Shown in pieces: positions 1 through 13,754 of a stretch of DNA of 64,000 bases. How positions within the stretch are numbered: position 1 is the first letter of the stretch; every line of letters begins with the position of its first letter. Below the pieces are notes generated by a model that ran no database searches, had not been told where the DNA came from, and saw only the letters and a list, made by a program, of their open reading frames with translations. Source of the DNA: Squalus acanthias. Taxonomy: Eukaryota. Both the position numbers and the translations under genes were made by a program. The stretch covers positions 21,390,001-21,454,000 of the forward strand of contig CM059449.1 of the NCBI GenBank assembly GCA_030390025.1. Direction: 5' to 3'.

Positions 1-1280
1 GATACCCGTTGTCCCCGAGAAGCCAACCAACTGGCTGATGCGGTGCCTCGAAAAGTTCTGCCACAGCAGTCTGGCGCAGGATGAAAGCATCGTGGCAGCA
101 GCCAGGATAGTGGGCATTGACAGCGAGTATCAGCTGTCTGTGGTCACAGACCAACTGAATATTCAAGGAATGGAACCCATTCCTGTTCCGGAAATCCTCG
201 GCATTCTCATGCGGAGCACGCAAAGTCACATGCGTGCAGTCAATGGCGCCCTGCACCATGGGGAAGCCCGCTATCCTCGCAAAGCCCAGAGCGCGTTCTT
301 GCTGCTTGTCTGGGGTCATGGGGAAAGAGATGAACTCTCGTCTCCTTTTAAAGAGGGCATTTGTGACCTTCCGGATGCAGCAATGCACCGCGAACTGGGA
401 GATATTGGCGTTGTCCCCAACAGCAGATTGAAATGAGCCAGTAGCATAAAAGTTCAGAGCCACTGTGACCCTCACTGCCACCGACAGAGACGTCCTGGAC
501 CTCAGTTGAGGCTGCAGATCTGGCTGCAGCAGGTGGCAGAGCTCAGTGACCACCTCCTTGCTGAAGCGCAGCTTTCGCAGACACTGCTCCTCAGACATAT
601 GAATGTAGGAGAGCTGTTCACGATATACCCTGAGAGGGTAAGCTCTCCTGTACAGACGCCTGTTGGCCCTCCTCCGTCTGGCCATCATTGCCACTCTCTC
701 TCTGCGTCTCTGTCTCCTCCGATTCAGCTGGCGCAGGACGACGCCCCCCATCAGTGCAGCCCCCATATCTCTTAGCAAGCAAAGTTATGAATGCCAGAAA
801 CCAAAGTACTAGCGAAGTTAGGATGAGTAGCCAAAACTACCTCACACAGCGTTGACTCAATGCAGAAGTCTCTCTTTCTCTCTCTCCAAATCTCTCTCTC
901 TCTCTCAGAACGAGTGGTGGAAAAATGTCAACCACAGAGAAAGACAGGAAGAGGCCCCCTTTAAATAGCGCCCCCCCCCCCCAGCCCCACAGCGATTGTT
1001 AGCGTTCCACTCTAACGGTCGTTGGATGCGCCAGGCGGTAAGGATGGGGGCGCCACTGAAATTCTGCTCCAGGGCGCCACAAGGGCGTTGCACTCTCGTA
1101 TGATGTCACAATCTGCGCGCGCAGGAGATCACGGCGATAAAGTTTAGCGCCGCCGCAAAATGTCTAGTTAAGTTCGCGAGCGGCGCAAACATCGCTGCGC
1201 CCGGGCGCTAGCTGCTTTGCACCCCATTAGCGCCCTCTTAAGGCGCTAACGGGAGGCGCAACCAACTGAATTTTTGCCCC
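1..1280 (-). mobile_element. PIF/Harbinger DNA transposon remnant (HARBI1-like DDE transposase plus terminus), cut by the window start
   Basis: The minus strand reads GDNGY, HDAFIL and GFPMVQGAIDCTHV-type transposase motifs in 1-760. The GC-rich subterminal region matches 45100-45450. It ends in CTGAATTTTTGCCCC followed by TTA, a Harbinger-type TIR and TWA target. Confidence 0.85.
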
Positions 1281-2095
1281 TTATTGTCCTCTACCGTAAA
1301 GACTGAAACAAAATATTTGTTCATCATTTTTGCCATCTCCATGTTTCCCACCATTAATTTCCCGGTCTCATCCTCTAAGGGACCTACGTTTGCCTCAGCC
1401 ACCCTTTTTCTTTTGATATAACTATAGAAACTCTTGCTATCTGTTTTTTGTATTGTTTGCTAATTTATTTTCATAATCTATCTTCCCTTTCTTAATCAAT
1501 CTTTAATTACTTTTTGCTGCCTTTTGAAGACTTCCCAATCTTCTATCCTCCCACTAAGTTTGGCTACCTTATATGTCCTTGTTTTTAGTTGGATACTATC
1601 CTTAATTTCTTTACTTAGCCACGGATGGCTGTCATTTCTTTTACACCCTTTTTTCCTCAGTGTAATATATATTTTTTGAAAGTTGTAAAATAACTCTTAA
1701 ATGAACACCACTGCTCATGTACCGTCTTATCCTTTAATCTATTTTCCCAGTCCACTTTAATCAATTCCGCTCTCATACCATCATAGTCTCCTTTATTCAA
1801 GCTCAGTATGCTTGTTTGGGAACCAACCTTCTCACCCTCTAATTGGATATGGAATTCAACCATGTTATCGTCACTCATTCCAAGGGGATCCTTAACTAGG
1901 TCATCATTAATTAATCCTGACTCATTACACAATACCAGGTCCAAGGTTGCTTGCCCCCTTGTCGGATCAGTTACATACTGCTCAAGAAATCCATCCCGAA
2001 TACACTCAATAAACTCTTCCTCAAGGCTGCCCTGCCCAATTTGATTTGTCCAGTTAATATGATAGTTAAATTCCCCATAATTATAGCTGTTCACT
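1281..2095 (-). mobile_element. CR1 LINE ORF2 fragment (end of endonuclease domain)
   Basis: ORF 1657-2094: GEFNYHINW...FLEQYVTDPTRGQATLDLVLCNE...PLGMSDDNMVEF, the typical CR1 APE domain. Confidence 0.9.
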
Positions 2096-2109
2096 TATTG
2101 CATTACATA

Positions 2110-3140
2110 GATCAAACATAGTAGACATGATCAAAGGATGTAAGTGGACTCATTACTTAAGTTGGTTGCTGATGAAACATTAACTGTATTATCACAACGG
2201 AGTAAGAATTGCATTGGCCGATATGCGTCAGTGATATAACAAACAGTTCAGAAATTTTTCGGGTTTTTTCTGTTGTTCGAGAAATTTCCGAAACATTCTG
2301 AAATTACAGATTAATGATTTCTCTACAAATAGCACAAAAGTGAATAATCCTGCTTGGTTTAAGATATCACCAACAACATGGCAATCAGTGGCACTCTTAC
2401 CCCAGTATAGAAAGACGTTACCAAGGCAGAGACAATATTTGGATGTATCAGGAAACAACTATACAGAGATATAATAAGATTACCAAACGGTGAGGCCTGC
2501 TGTTACTTTATTTCAATCTATGAACGATGTGTTTTTGATTTTGTCTCGGATAAAATAAAATCTGTCCTGAAGGATTGTTTATTCTAATTCAGTGATGTGT
2601 AATGGGACAACTTCATTTAACAATTTATTTTTCAGAACCAGATGGAGGAATACACAGTTGGAATTATATATTTCTACAGCAAAAAATGCTTCTATCTATA
2701 CTTCCATATTTCTTTCTAATTGGAATTTCTTGCTTAAAAATAATACATTCGTTAATGTACCTTATGCACAGTTTCAACATAACTTTCAGAGATCCCCTGT
2801 CATTGTTCACCTTATGTCAGAATTTACACCATTGCAAGTGGGAAAAGATTCGTTATCTCTACAGGAAGGCCATGGAAGGAAGTTTCAAATATATATCTTT
2901 ATAGACAGTGGCATGAATATATTTGTGTGTTCCTGGTGGATAAATAAATAGCCCTAGATATTTATCTTTGAGGGCAGCCCGTTGTACCACTCCCAGATAT
3001 TCATTTGTACTTACTTGAATCGAATTGAATATCGTGGTGGGCGAGCGCTAAAACATGCAGCCGTTGCCATAACACCCGTTTAAAACTACTGTCCAACACG
3101 AATATCTAACGTATGTTGTTTTCCTCACTCATTGTGCTGA
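2110..3140 (+). repeat. Copy 1 of a ~1 kb tandem duplication unit carrying a 21-nt micro-exon
   Basis: Collinear similarity with 5130-6290: CATTAACTGTATTATCACA, GTCAGTGATATAACAAACA, TCTTACC, TTTTCAGAA.CAGATG, TATAGACAG, ATAAATAAATAGCCCT. Confidence 0.85.
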
Positions 3141-3559
3141 GATAATCGAAAGTTCTCCCTCTCACATATCACAGAGATTAATAAATGCAAAAAAATGGGG
3201 TAAGTTTAACTTTGGGCACTGGTGTGAAACGTGTGATATAGAATGAGCCACGCATCGAAAAGCCATCCTGATTTTTCTTTCAATTACGTTCAATGAAAGG
3301 GAAATCGGGCATGGTATATAATAGGCGCTCAATTCAATATTACCCATTTTGTATAACCGCCCAAAGGTACATTTACACACCACTGAATGTAATACAAATT
3401 GATGCCTCTTGACAGTTGCCCATTGTCCATAACTTTGGGGCTTGGGTTGGGTTACAAAGAAATATATCAATTGCGAGAAGAAAAAAGATTATGATCCATT
3501 CATTTCGCCTTTTACTATACTTGTAGACCAATGATACAACGATAATGGAGTTGTTGACA

Positions 3560-4440
3560 ATCCTATCTATCAATCTCTATCAAATAGTTTACAATAGACC
3601 CAGGCATGAGACAACAAAACTTCCAGTTGTGGATGTTTTTGCAAACCATAGGTCTAAACTCATCTGTTCCTTCCAAGCATGCCACGCTTACCGTATTCCA
3701 TGTGTCAGATTACTCGTAAACTGTATCCAAAAATACTATTTTATGAAAGTATTATATCTAATTTTCACTTGAATGCATCGATACTATCTACTTCCACCGT
3801 CTCCCTAGGAATCCTGTTCCATAGATTCCACAGTAGCTTACTGAAATAATGCATCCACGGATCAGTTTTGAATTTACCCTTTTTAATGCAGATTATATCC
3901 TCTGGTTCTGCCTTTTTGGACAAGCTGAAGCAGCTTTACATGGTCTACATTATCTTGTCACTTTACAATCATTAAAGACGGCAGTCATATCACCTCTCAA
4001 ACATTTATTTTCCAGTAAGAACATAACCAATATACATAATCGCTTTTCATAATGCGGGATACCTCCATTTCTTCAATCATTCTGGTTGCTTTCTTCTCTA
4101 TATTTTCAATAGCTCCAATATCCTTTTGTACTTTGGCAAACGGTACTACACGCAATATTCTAATTACAGTTACGCAAATGATGTATAGAGTGTTAGGATT
4201 ACGTCACTATTGCGGCTCAATAGTGACCTTTTAATATATTTGACATCTGATTTGCTTTACTTAATGTTAGCAAGCATTGCAGTGATAACTTCAATTGGTT
4301 CTCAATCAGGACCCCACACAACTTCATTTTCCATTCACATTACTCCCTTTCCATTAATGTAATAGTCCCTTCCTGGACTGTTCGTTCCCATGCGTTAGAT
4401 TTCATTTACCAACTGTCTGGCCAATTCCCAAGTATATTCC
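3560..4440 (-). mobile_element. Old, degraded CR1-type LINE 3' fragment
   Basis: Similar to the CR1 ORF2 C-terminus and 3' UTR seen elsewhere in the window (e.g. CTTGAATGCATCGATACTATCTACTTCCACC...GTTCCATAGATTCCAC). Confidence 0.5.
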
Positions 4441-5129
4441 AGTCCTCCTATGCCTTATCCTGTGTATCTTTTGAGTGTGCTTTACTTTCTCAAAGAACCG
4501 CGCACACAATAGGTGAAATGTCAGTGAAGCAGCGGGTCGACCAGCTTTAAAAGATAATTGTACCTGTGTATTTTGATAACTGACAGATTTCCACAAAAAC
4601 ATGCGTTTTGAAACCACTGGTTCCCACAATTTAATTGTTGTTTCCTTAACATTGCTATATTTCCTGGTCAGTTTCCCTCTTTAATACAACAGCAAGTATA
4701 CTGTCCCCAATGCGGTTAGACTTCTACTTCTTCTCTAATTAGTGGTGAATTCCCAGCGCTGTCTTTCCATCACAGACTGGCTGTCCCTCTAGTCCTGACC
4801 TATCACCCAGTAAAGATGAATATAATGTTTTCTACATGGCAGCAGCGGAGGGTTAGAGGGCGAAGCAAATAAAAGAGCAAGTAAATAAATAAATGTAAAT
4901 GACGGCTGATTTAATGGTTCACCAGAGCCCACTCTGCTTCCCCATGGACAAGTGTCGCTCAGATAGTTTGTAAATGAAAGAATAAAGAGCAAAGTGTGAA
5001 TGCATACTGATGGACAGTAATGTTTTAATGGAAAGGGAAACAATGCAATTAATGAGAACCAGAGTTATTGATCATTTATGCAGACGTTTCATGAAATGCC
5101 ATTAATGCAGTAAATATGCTATATTAAAT

Positions 5130-6290
5130 CTGATCAACAAGCAGAGCAAGCATGATAATAACATGAAGGTGAACTCAATAAATAAGTTGACGTTGGTGAA
5201 GCATTAACTGTATTATCACACTGGAGTAATACTTGCTTTGATGGATATGTGTCAGTGATATAACAAACATTGCAGGAAGATTTCATATTTGTATACTATT
5301 CCTGGCAAATTTGCAAAAAATATTAGAAAATAATAGAATCACGATTCCTCTAGAAATAATGCTGAAAGGAATTCTCCCGCTAGATTTATGATGTCAGCAA
5401 CATAAGGCAAACAGTGAAAATCTTACCTCAGTGTAGACAAGACGTTCTTAATATTTGAGTGATTCAGTAAACAGACATACCGAGATATAATACGATTAGC
5501 CAACTCTGGAATCTGTTACATCTCGATTTCAAACGAACAATATTTTTTTTCAACATGGACATTGCCAGTGGCAAAACAAAATTTGTCCTTAGAAATTATA
5601 CATTACGGGCACAACCTGGAGGTCAATGCTCTTGAATCAGAGAACAATCGTTTTAAAAGTTATTTTCAGAAACAGATGAGGGGACAAAAAGTAAGATTGA
5701 TATATTTCTCCAGCAAATCTTTGCTTGTCTCCGCCCGTTCATCCATCCATCCATTCAACCATCCATCCATCCATCGATCCATCCATCCATCCATCCATCC
5801 ATCCATCCATTCATCCATACATCCATCCATCCATATTTGCATCCAATTGGAATAACCAGTTAGAAATGCTTTGATTTGTTTCTGTATTTTATGCAGACTA
5901 TTTACCATAACAAACAGCGTTCCCTACTATTCCTCTTGATGGGACAAAAGTCACACCATTGCAACTGGTAGAAGGATCTAAATCACTACCTAAAGCATAT
6001 GGAAAGAAGCCTCTAATTAATTTCTCTATAGACAGCGACATGAACATTTGTATTGCTTCCTTGGAATAAATAAATAGCCCTCGAGCTCGTATTGGGCGCC
6101 GACCTCGTACGCCCACCCAATATTCAGTTGTATTGACTTCAATAGAACTGAATATTAGCTGTGGTGTAAAAGACACGGCCGGTATGGTACCAAACGTATT
6201 GGGCTAACGAACAAGCTTAACTTCTACAACACGAAATCGTCATGCGGAAATTGTCGCAGAAATGTTGCACCTCCCAACTCATTGCACATA
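5130..6290 (+). repeat. Copy 2 of the micro-exon tandem duplication unit
   Basis: Collinear with 2110-3140. Contains ttttcag|AAACAGATGAGGGGACAAAAA|gtaaga. Confidence 0.85.
5739..5833. repeat. (ATCC)n microsatellite
   Basis: Directly visible tandem ATCC. Confidence 0.97.
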
Positions 6291-7747
6291 AACTGAGTAA
6301 ACTTAAAAAGTAAACACAAAACAATTAATTAAAATAGTGGATATTTTTCAATTGGAAAAGAGGAATTTCAATCCCTTGCTGTTTTTATGTTTTCAGCAAC
6401 AGATATTAGATGATAAGAGTTAGGTAAGAGTAAATTAGTGCATCTTGTCAAGCTGCTTTGTGTTGTTTGAAACGCTGTCTGCGATTACCTGTTTCAAACA
6501 ATGGATGATTAGGAAAAATTATAAAGTGATGTAATGTCAATGCAGAATCTATACAGATACAGGTTTGCCAGTAATCAATTTCTAAAAGGATTTTTACAAC
6601 TTCTTGAATCTATAACAAACTAAGACACACCGATGGAGTAGAAATTCGTTGGACTGTAATGCGAAACTGCAGGTCTATTATACTCCCCGCCCATATTCAG
6701 TTATAGTGCCTTCAATACCGGTGCATATAATAGGCTTCGATGCCATACCGCCTGATTAGCGCTACCGGCAAAGATGCATTTCTTGCCCACTTAGTAAGCA
6801 GAAAGAGATTCCATGCAGTCATTTACTGTTCACAGAGATAATATCTTCATTAATCTATAAAATGTTTCTGCGCAAGAAACATGTTTAACCGACTACTTAC
6901 CGACTTTCATTAATCAGCAGATAACATTGTGATGTGACTGTTCCAGGTCATTTAAATAACCACTTAAAATAACATTACAGAGTCCTTGCCTGTAATTATC
7001 TCATATGCTTCCACAGCACTTACTTAGTTCCACTTGTTAATGATAAGTTCATCGCTAATGGAGGATAATTTTAACTTTGGGTGATAGTGTAAAATGGGCG
7101 CTATGGGATTGGCAACCCAATAAACACCAAGCCCCATTTTCTTTTTCATTGAAGCCAATGGCAGACAAAATTGTCCACGGCGTATAGTAGGCAGCTAACT
7201 CGCTCATGTAAAGCCTCTTGGGTCGTTTTTACTATATTAAAGGCCTCAGATAAATGCAAGATTATTTTGTTGGTGTTGCAATATACAATAACCTGAGGAC
7301 ACTTTCCCCTCCCCACTCCATTGTGTATTTCTTATTTCACCAAATTTGTCATTATGTGCAGAAGAAAAGCTCAAAGAAAAAGAAGCAGTTCAGAGAAGGC
7401 ATAACATTATAAATGTTGTCTCCTCAATTGTGCGCTTTTCCTCTTCATGGCGAAAGTGGGGTGTTGCGTGTCAGGTGGACATGTACTTCGATGACATTTA
7501 TTTTAAAAGGCTCAATGCTTCTGAAAAGTATATTAATTGCGTAGAAACATATTAAGCAATTGTACGTTACACTCTAAAAATGATGCAATGTCTTATCAGC
7601 ATGCAAATGGTTGCATGAATTGTCTTACTCCATTATTTTCATAATAAAATTCTTCAGTTGCTAAAGCTTGTCATAATTATACGGCATTTGTCACACTTCT
7701 GTGACATTGGCAAGGTCTAAGTTAATACTTGCTTACAATAGCCTATT

Positions 7748-8155
7748 TGGCGGTCGTGGCTCAGTTAATAGCGCACTCGCCCTCGAGTCAGTCCCACTCC
7801 AGAGGCTTGAGCAAGAAGTCTTGGATGACACTGGAGTGCAGTACTGTGGTAGAGGCCGTATTTCGGATGGGACATTCAACGGAGGTTACCTCTAATGTCA
7901 TAGTTGTTTCTAAATGATCCCACGGCAATACTTGGTAGTACGTCACGGGAGTGCACACATGACGTCCTGGCCAATATTTATCCCTCAACTAACAGATTAA
8001 CTGGTCATTATCTACCTGCTGTTTGTGATACCTAGATGTGCACAAGCAGGCGGCTGTATTTCTTACAGTTCAAACGTATCTCATTGATTGTAAATGACTT
8101 CGGGAGTTCCCGATTTCATGAAAGTCGCTGTATTATTGCAAATTCCTTCTTTACT
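7748..8155 (+). mobile_element. tRNA-derived Deu-domain SINE (SacSINE1/AmnSINE1-like)
   Basis: tRNA-like head GTGGCTCAGTT, Deu core GATCCCACGGCA...TCCTGGCCAATATTTATCCCTCAAC, and tail GTAAATGACTTCGGGA...TGAAAGTCGCTGTAT. Confidence 0.7.
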
Positions 8156-10221
8156 TACAATTGATAAACGCACAATGCCTGTTAGACTTGCCATTATACT
8201 TCACTGTAGGTGGTCTATTGTTTCGCCCACCACTGGAGACATCCTGGCACAAGTCACCCAGCTCCACTCATAGTTTTCTTACCTTAATCTCTGTCAACAA
8301 CTTTCTTCGCCCCCCGAAAATGGTGATGCATGATTTACTGCCATGATATCCACCGTCACTGCAGCCCCCACTGTACTTCTATAACAACCCACTGGGTGAC
8401 CAGTGGGCAGCCTGATTAAGGCGGTGCGCCCTTATAATATGCTAGGGATATACTATGTCTTTCATATGATCCGAATTACCAGTTGGCACTGCACTGAGTA
8501 GATCATACACCATGGAAGCTCCGCTGAACTTTCTTGGGACAGGGAGGAGCAGGAGTGCTGCACCGGGTTCCATAAAACTCGTTTAACCTGCTGCCGCTCC
8601 GGGTTTCCCTTCCCTGAAGATCGTAGCTCCTCCCTCCCAACACGCCTATCTACCTTCATCCGGCTTGTAGGCCAGTCGGGGTTTGCTTGTTTCCTGCCCA
8701 CAACACGCCAGCTAAATATTAATGAGGGACCAACCCGCAAAATGAACCAGAGTCCCAACAATATTATCGAGCGGCCGGCGTTCGCGCTCTCTTTGCTGCC
8801 CGCTCAAAGACCGTGCCGTAGGAATATGTACCCCAACGATTTCAGTGGCAATTAACATCTTTTAAAACTGAGCTGCAAGTGGAAATGTAGCTCTGTGGGA
8901 CTGACAATCAACTTCAGCGGAGGCGTAAAACTGACGGTAGCAGATTAGCATCAACGGAAAGGAAAGGAAAATCGGGAGGGTTAAAGCGGGATATTCTACC
9001 GGCCATTTTGTTTCCCCACCGCAGTTGGATTTCACCCAGATTTGGGTCCTGGTCAGATCTCATCCCATATCTTGCTTCGGCCAGGTTCCTATCCCTATCT
9101 AGCACTCAGCCTGCGGCTTCTCACTCACCACTGCCATACTCCTCTGTGCCAGTTCCCAACAATAAACTTTTATAGCCAACCAGTCTCTGTCCCTACCACA
9201 ATCGCATTCCACACCATACTTCACCGGGTCTTCTGCTCCAGCCCAAGTCGTGGTAATTTTCTTTCTACAGCCAGACTCCCAGCCCAATCTCAACATTCAT
9301 CCCCATTATGGAGCTGCCTCTCACCAATATGTTTTCTTTCCAGTCTGGCGTTACACTCATGTCCACTTCTACTGCATTGCACTTCATCAGTTCCTATCAC
9401 GAAGCTGTGAGCCAATAAGATATCTATGTGGGTCTCATGCTTTACAAAAGGAGTGACAGGGTGATTGCATTTGCCATCGTCTTTCGATTGTACACTCATT
9501 TAGCCGCATCCTACCTCCTCCCATTCAGTTATCTAATGTTCTAATAACAAACTACATGCCTGCTTCTGGCTCTACATTGCTACTCAGTCCACTTCCTATC
9601 TGGTCCTCACACTCGCAATGCTCTCTACCCTCCCTCATATTCACTAGCAACGCGTTGCGCAAGGTTCACCCAGTCCACTCCTACTACCACTTACCACTGT
9701 CATTAAGGTCGCAGCCCCAAACCCAACACCATCACTTACCAATGTTTTTCCCTCCTCATCCGCCACCTCCCCGCCATAGTACTACAGATCGACCACAGTC
9801 CACACAAATACGCTACATCTTCCTCTGCCCTGCATCTGTCTCATCCCCAAACGCAACCTACGCCATGCTCGTTTTGTCAATGCTCTCCAATACACTGAAA
9901 AACTGAAAAATGACAGCCCCACATCATGCATCCACCTAATTACTCCCATATCGCGTAAAAGATCAAAACTAAAAAGGGAGAATTAGCGGAAAACACAAAC
10001 AGAATGAAAAAGAAGTAACAGAACCAAAACAAAAACAAAAGACTAGACGAAGACGCCTCAGAAGCTATACATAAAGAAAACCATCACCAAAAAGAACATA
10101 GCAATTACTTCCGCTAACTTTCCATAATCAATGTCACGTACGAATCATTAGTTTACTTTAAACAGTAAAAGTGAAAATAGAGGGTGATGAAATGTCATTA
10201 GATATTTTCAGATATGTTGTT

Positions 10222-10789
10222 GGACCGGATTTTCCGATCGGAAGCTTCCTGCGTGCTTCCTGGCTCGGTAGGTCCCGACACTTCCGATCCTGGGCTGCTC
10301 GTCTTCCGCGCACGCAGAGACCCAGGTATCCCAGGGGGCATGCGGTTCTCAAGCGTCCCTGGGATCACGTGGGCCATGGGGAAACAACCAAAGAAGGAAA
10401 TTCCCCCTTCACACTTTTGACAGGTCTCTACGCATAGATCTGTCAAAAGTATGAATGGGGATCACAGTGCAAAACACAATAAAACTTTAAGTAAATTTAA
10501 CAACAACATCACGTATTTAAAATTAGCTAAAATTACTTTAAATTAAATATTTTAGAAGTAAATCTTATCTTTTAAAAAAAAATATTAAAGTTTTTTACGG
10601 GTCTAAAAATAAGCTTATCTTTTTTAAAGTAATTTAAAATTATAAATGAGTGAAAAAAAAAATTAAACTGATGCTGGTAAAAGCAGGTGTTCAGCGCAAG
10701 CGCATCACATGCCTGAAACCGTCACTTGCGCGGTCCCTACGCGTGCGTACACACCTCATACCCACCGTGGGGCTCGGAATATCCGGCTC
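10222..10789. mobile_element. Non-autonomous TIR element (MITE), same family as 60722-61486
   Basis: Imperfect TIRs GGACCGGATTTTCC and GGAATATCCGGCTC. Shares CCCTGGGATCACGTG and CTGGTAAAAGCAGG with 60722-61486. It interrupts sequence that is contiguous in the paralogous arm (~63770). Confidence 0.7.
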
Positions 10790-13560
10790 ATTGATGCAAA
10801 ACATTGGGGAAGATTATCCGTAACTTCGTCTGGAACTATTTAATCACCTGGGCGCAACAAATACAGAAAAATCAGGCAGTGCACACCCAATATCAATCAA
10901 TATATTTAAATGGGCAGAAAATAGAGTGGATTCATTGCTTGATTTCATTTATTTGCTGTTCTCAGCTGATCTCCCATCCAAAAAACATGGTTAAGATGCC
11001 TCTTTCGTAGCAGAAATGTGGTGCTGATTGTATTTAAACAATGCAATATAGATTGAAGCCTTGCCTAACAGATGCTGACTAAGGGAGTGAAAAACATTTA
11101 TAAAAGATGTTAGCTTCGCTACTGTGATATTATGCAATGCTGAATCCTTTACTCATTTTCAGGCGTCTCTGTACTATGGAAAATCTAGGTGAGGCAAACA
11201 ACAGCTTGATAGGGCCGATTAGGATAGCATTAATTACCAGTTTCATAACACTGCAATTTGCACATTTAAAATTGGCTGTGCTACTTTTCCTGTTTCTTTA
11301 TCAAAAATGCAATGGATTACCTTCGAAGTCCAATGGCATACATGTGCCAATGGACCGCCTGGTGTGATTTTGAAAGCAGACTAACCAGGAAGATTCCAGG
11401 CTCTGCAGTTTTCTCTGAGTTGAGTTAACTAATCTCAGACAGCGCGGGTTTTGAAGGCACAGTTGAAGTCAGTGTTCCCATTCGATTCTTGGACCGGAGA
11501 TTACATTTTTTTTCCATTATTGAACGTTGCTAGCAGCAACTAAAACGACAATTGGAAACTATTTATTATGATAATTTCTTGTCATTCCTGAGCAACAGAA
11601 TTTTCATTAAGTTCAGGAATTTATAAACAACATTCGCAAGGATATACTGTTATGCACAGATACATCAAAATATGTTGCTGGTGCAACTACAAAGAACATT
11701 AGATCTGTGCGTGTTAGAAATGTATCTTGTCGCATCTCTCACCTCTTATTTGCCCAAGCCAGATATTTAGTTGAATTGCAGTCAATAGATTTGAATATGA
11801 GGCGTGGCGTAGAAAAGGCCAGTGAATCCTATAATACACATTTTGAGCTACCGCCCGAGGCGAATTTCTACCCTTTTTACCCTATCACTAGTCTGACAGA
11901 CAACTACGGTGAGGATGCCAAACGAGCTGGCCAAATGGTTGGCCATTATACATCCCATCTGATTTTCATTTCCATTATAATGAATTGAAGCAAGTCGGGA
12001 GATTTGTATCATAGGCGTCTGAGCAGATGTTGCCCTTTTACAGCATTGCAAAAGTAAAAAAATACCCCACTCTGTTCATTATTTGTTTATTCCAGGATTT
12101 AGGAAAGCAATGAAGGCGAAAAGTAAGAGTTTGGATATGGAATGAATGCTCAAATGTATCTTAAGACCGAGAATTATTTTTTTGCTGGAACTAATGAAAA
12201 GGTGCTTAACGGAGGCAATAGTAACTTTAATTGACATGTGTTAAATGGATTATAGCAAATCACAGTCCGATATTCCTTTCCATGTAAATCAATAGTACAG
12301 ATAAATGAGCAGGGTGCAGAATTGGCTGCCAATTCGCTATCGCCAGTTTTTTGACGAGCAATAAAATTTCAAATGATTTCCAATGGAGGTACTTCTGACC
12401 TATAATGATAATGAAAAATGATATTAGGTCGGCCACACTTTATGCAAATCTTTTGATTTTCGTTCCATTTGATGCCAATAGAAATTAAAATCAAGAGAGC
12501 TATGCAACGGACAGCTGATCCGATATCGCCTAATTTACACGATTGCACAAACTGAAGATCTACCCCAGCACCTCCACTGATGTATTGGCAATCTTATAAG
12601 TGGGCATAAAGTCTGCTCATCCTAATTCAAATTACTGGTTAATTTAATTTAATTTATTGTAAAAGACTACTTCAAATTAGTGAGATTAGACTGTAACATA
12701 CTTCATTTGTTGCAGACATGAGAATTTTAATCAGCCATATTAACACTTCATTGAGTTTATAAGTGGGAGAAAGTTTACACACTTAAACTATTGATTATAT
12801 AGGAGCACAATTGTGCTTAGTATGTAACAGGGACTATGCATGCAAGTGGATCATAAGAAATACACATTACAGATGAGGCATGAGTGGAGATTAAACAATG
12901 TGTATATGTACTTTGAGATATGTTGATGCTAATAGAGCATGTCAGGCCATACTTAATCCAGATTCATATCTTAGCAGCCAAAACTTAAAAATATGCACGT
13001 TCAATATACTCTAGTATACCCTAGATTATCCGCGGCTAAAATGTGTTCAAATATTGGGTGTTTGTATGGTGTGAATTATGACTTTCACCGCCAAGTGGAA
13101 AACTGATGGTAGCGGATTGGCCGCCCGTTTTACACCTCGCCAGATTTTCGATTGCACGAAAGTGAATGAGTAGAAATTCATCAGTAAAAATGAAAATTCA
13201 CTCCTATATAACAGCAATGTAGCTGAAAGTAGAAGGGCAGTGGGGTAGATCTTGTTTTTGTGCGACAGTGTATAATGGGTGATAGAGAGTCGGCGGTCCA
13301 TGTTAAACCTCTTCCGACTTTTAGTCCCAGTGAAGTAAATGGAAACGAAAAATGGATGTAATATAAAATGAGCAGCCCATCCGCTACCAACCGTTTCTCC
13401 TTCCGACGATCAACATGAAAATTTACCGCTCTGTCTCCAAAATGCAGAGCAGAAAATAACTTGACCATCACCTGTCTGCAAAATAAGGGAGGAGCACAGT
13501 GCACAGATGTCACTTCTCCAGACATAAACCAACAAAGTCAAATCACCTTAGCAGATATGG

Positions 13561-13754
13561 GGGGTGAAATTAGACGTGGCCAGCAACATAAATCAGGCGG
13601 AATCGCGTTTGCCAAACGTTATCCAACGCGCCCAATATTTAGTTCTACTGATTTCAATTGAAGTCAAAGGAACAGAATATCGGGCAGGCCGGTTAACAAG
13701 CGGCAGTTGCGATTCAGCACGTTTTCCTTCACTGCAATTGTACAATTTCACCCC
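13561..13754. mobile_element. Hairpin MITE, representative of many short palindromic elements
   Basis: Perfect 11-bp TIRs GGGGTGAAATT and AATTTCACCCC; central palindrome TTCAATTGAA. A paralogous copy lies at ~60070-60256. Confidence 0.75.

Noticed and set aside
38-775. Plus-strand ORFs of 132 and 89 aa
   Set aside because: They are antisense shadows of the minus-strand Harbinger transposase.
2400-2951. LRR-like (YLDVSGNN) and IgV-like (RYQGR) peptides, and ORFs 2592-2951 and 2602-2904
   Set aside because: They are not preserved in the duplicate at 5130-6290 and are surrounded by stops; only the 21-nt exon and its splice sites are conserved.
5666-5908. WMDG-repeat ORF
   Set aside because: Translation of the (ATCC)n microsatellite.
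8200-9950. GC-rich then C/A-rich block resembling decayed DNA-transposon interior
   Set aside because: I could not define termini or protein motifs, so it is left unannotated.
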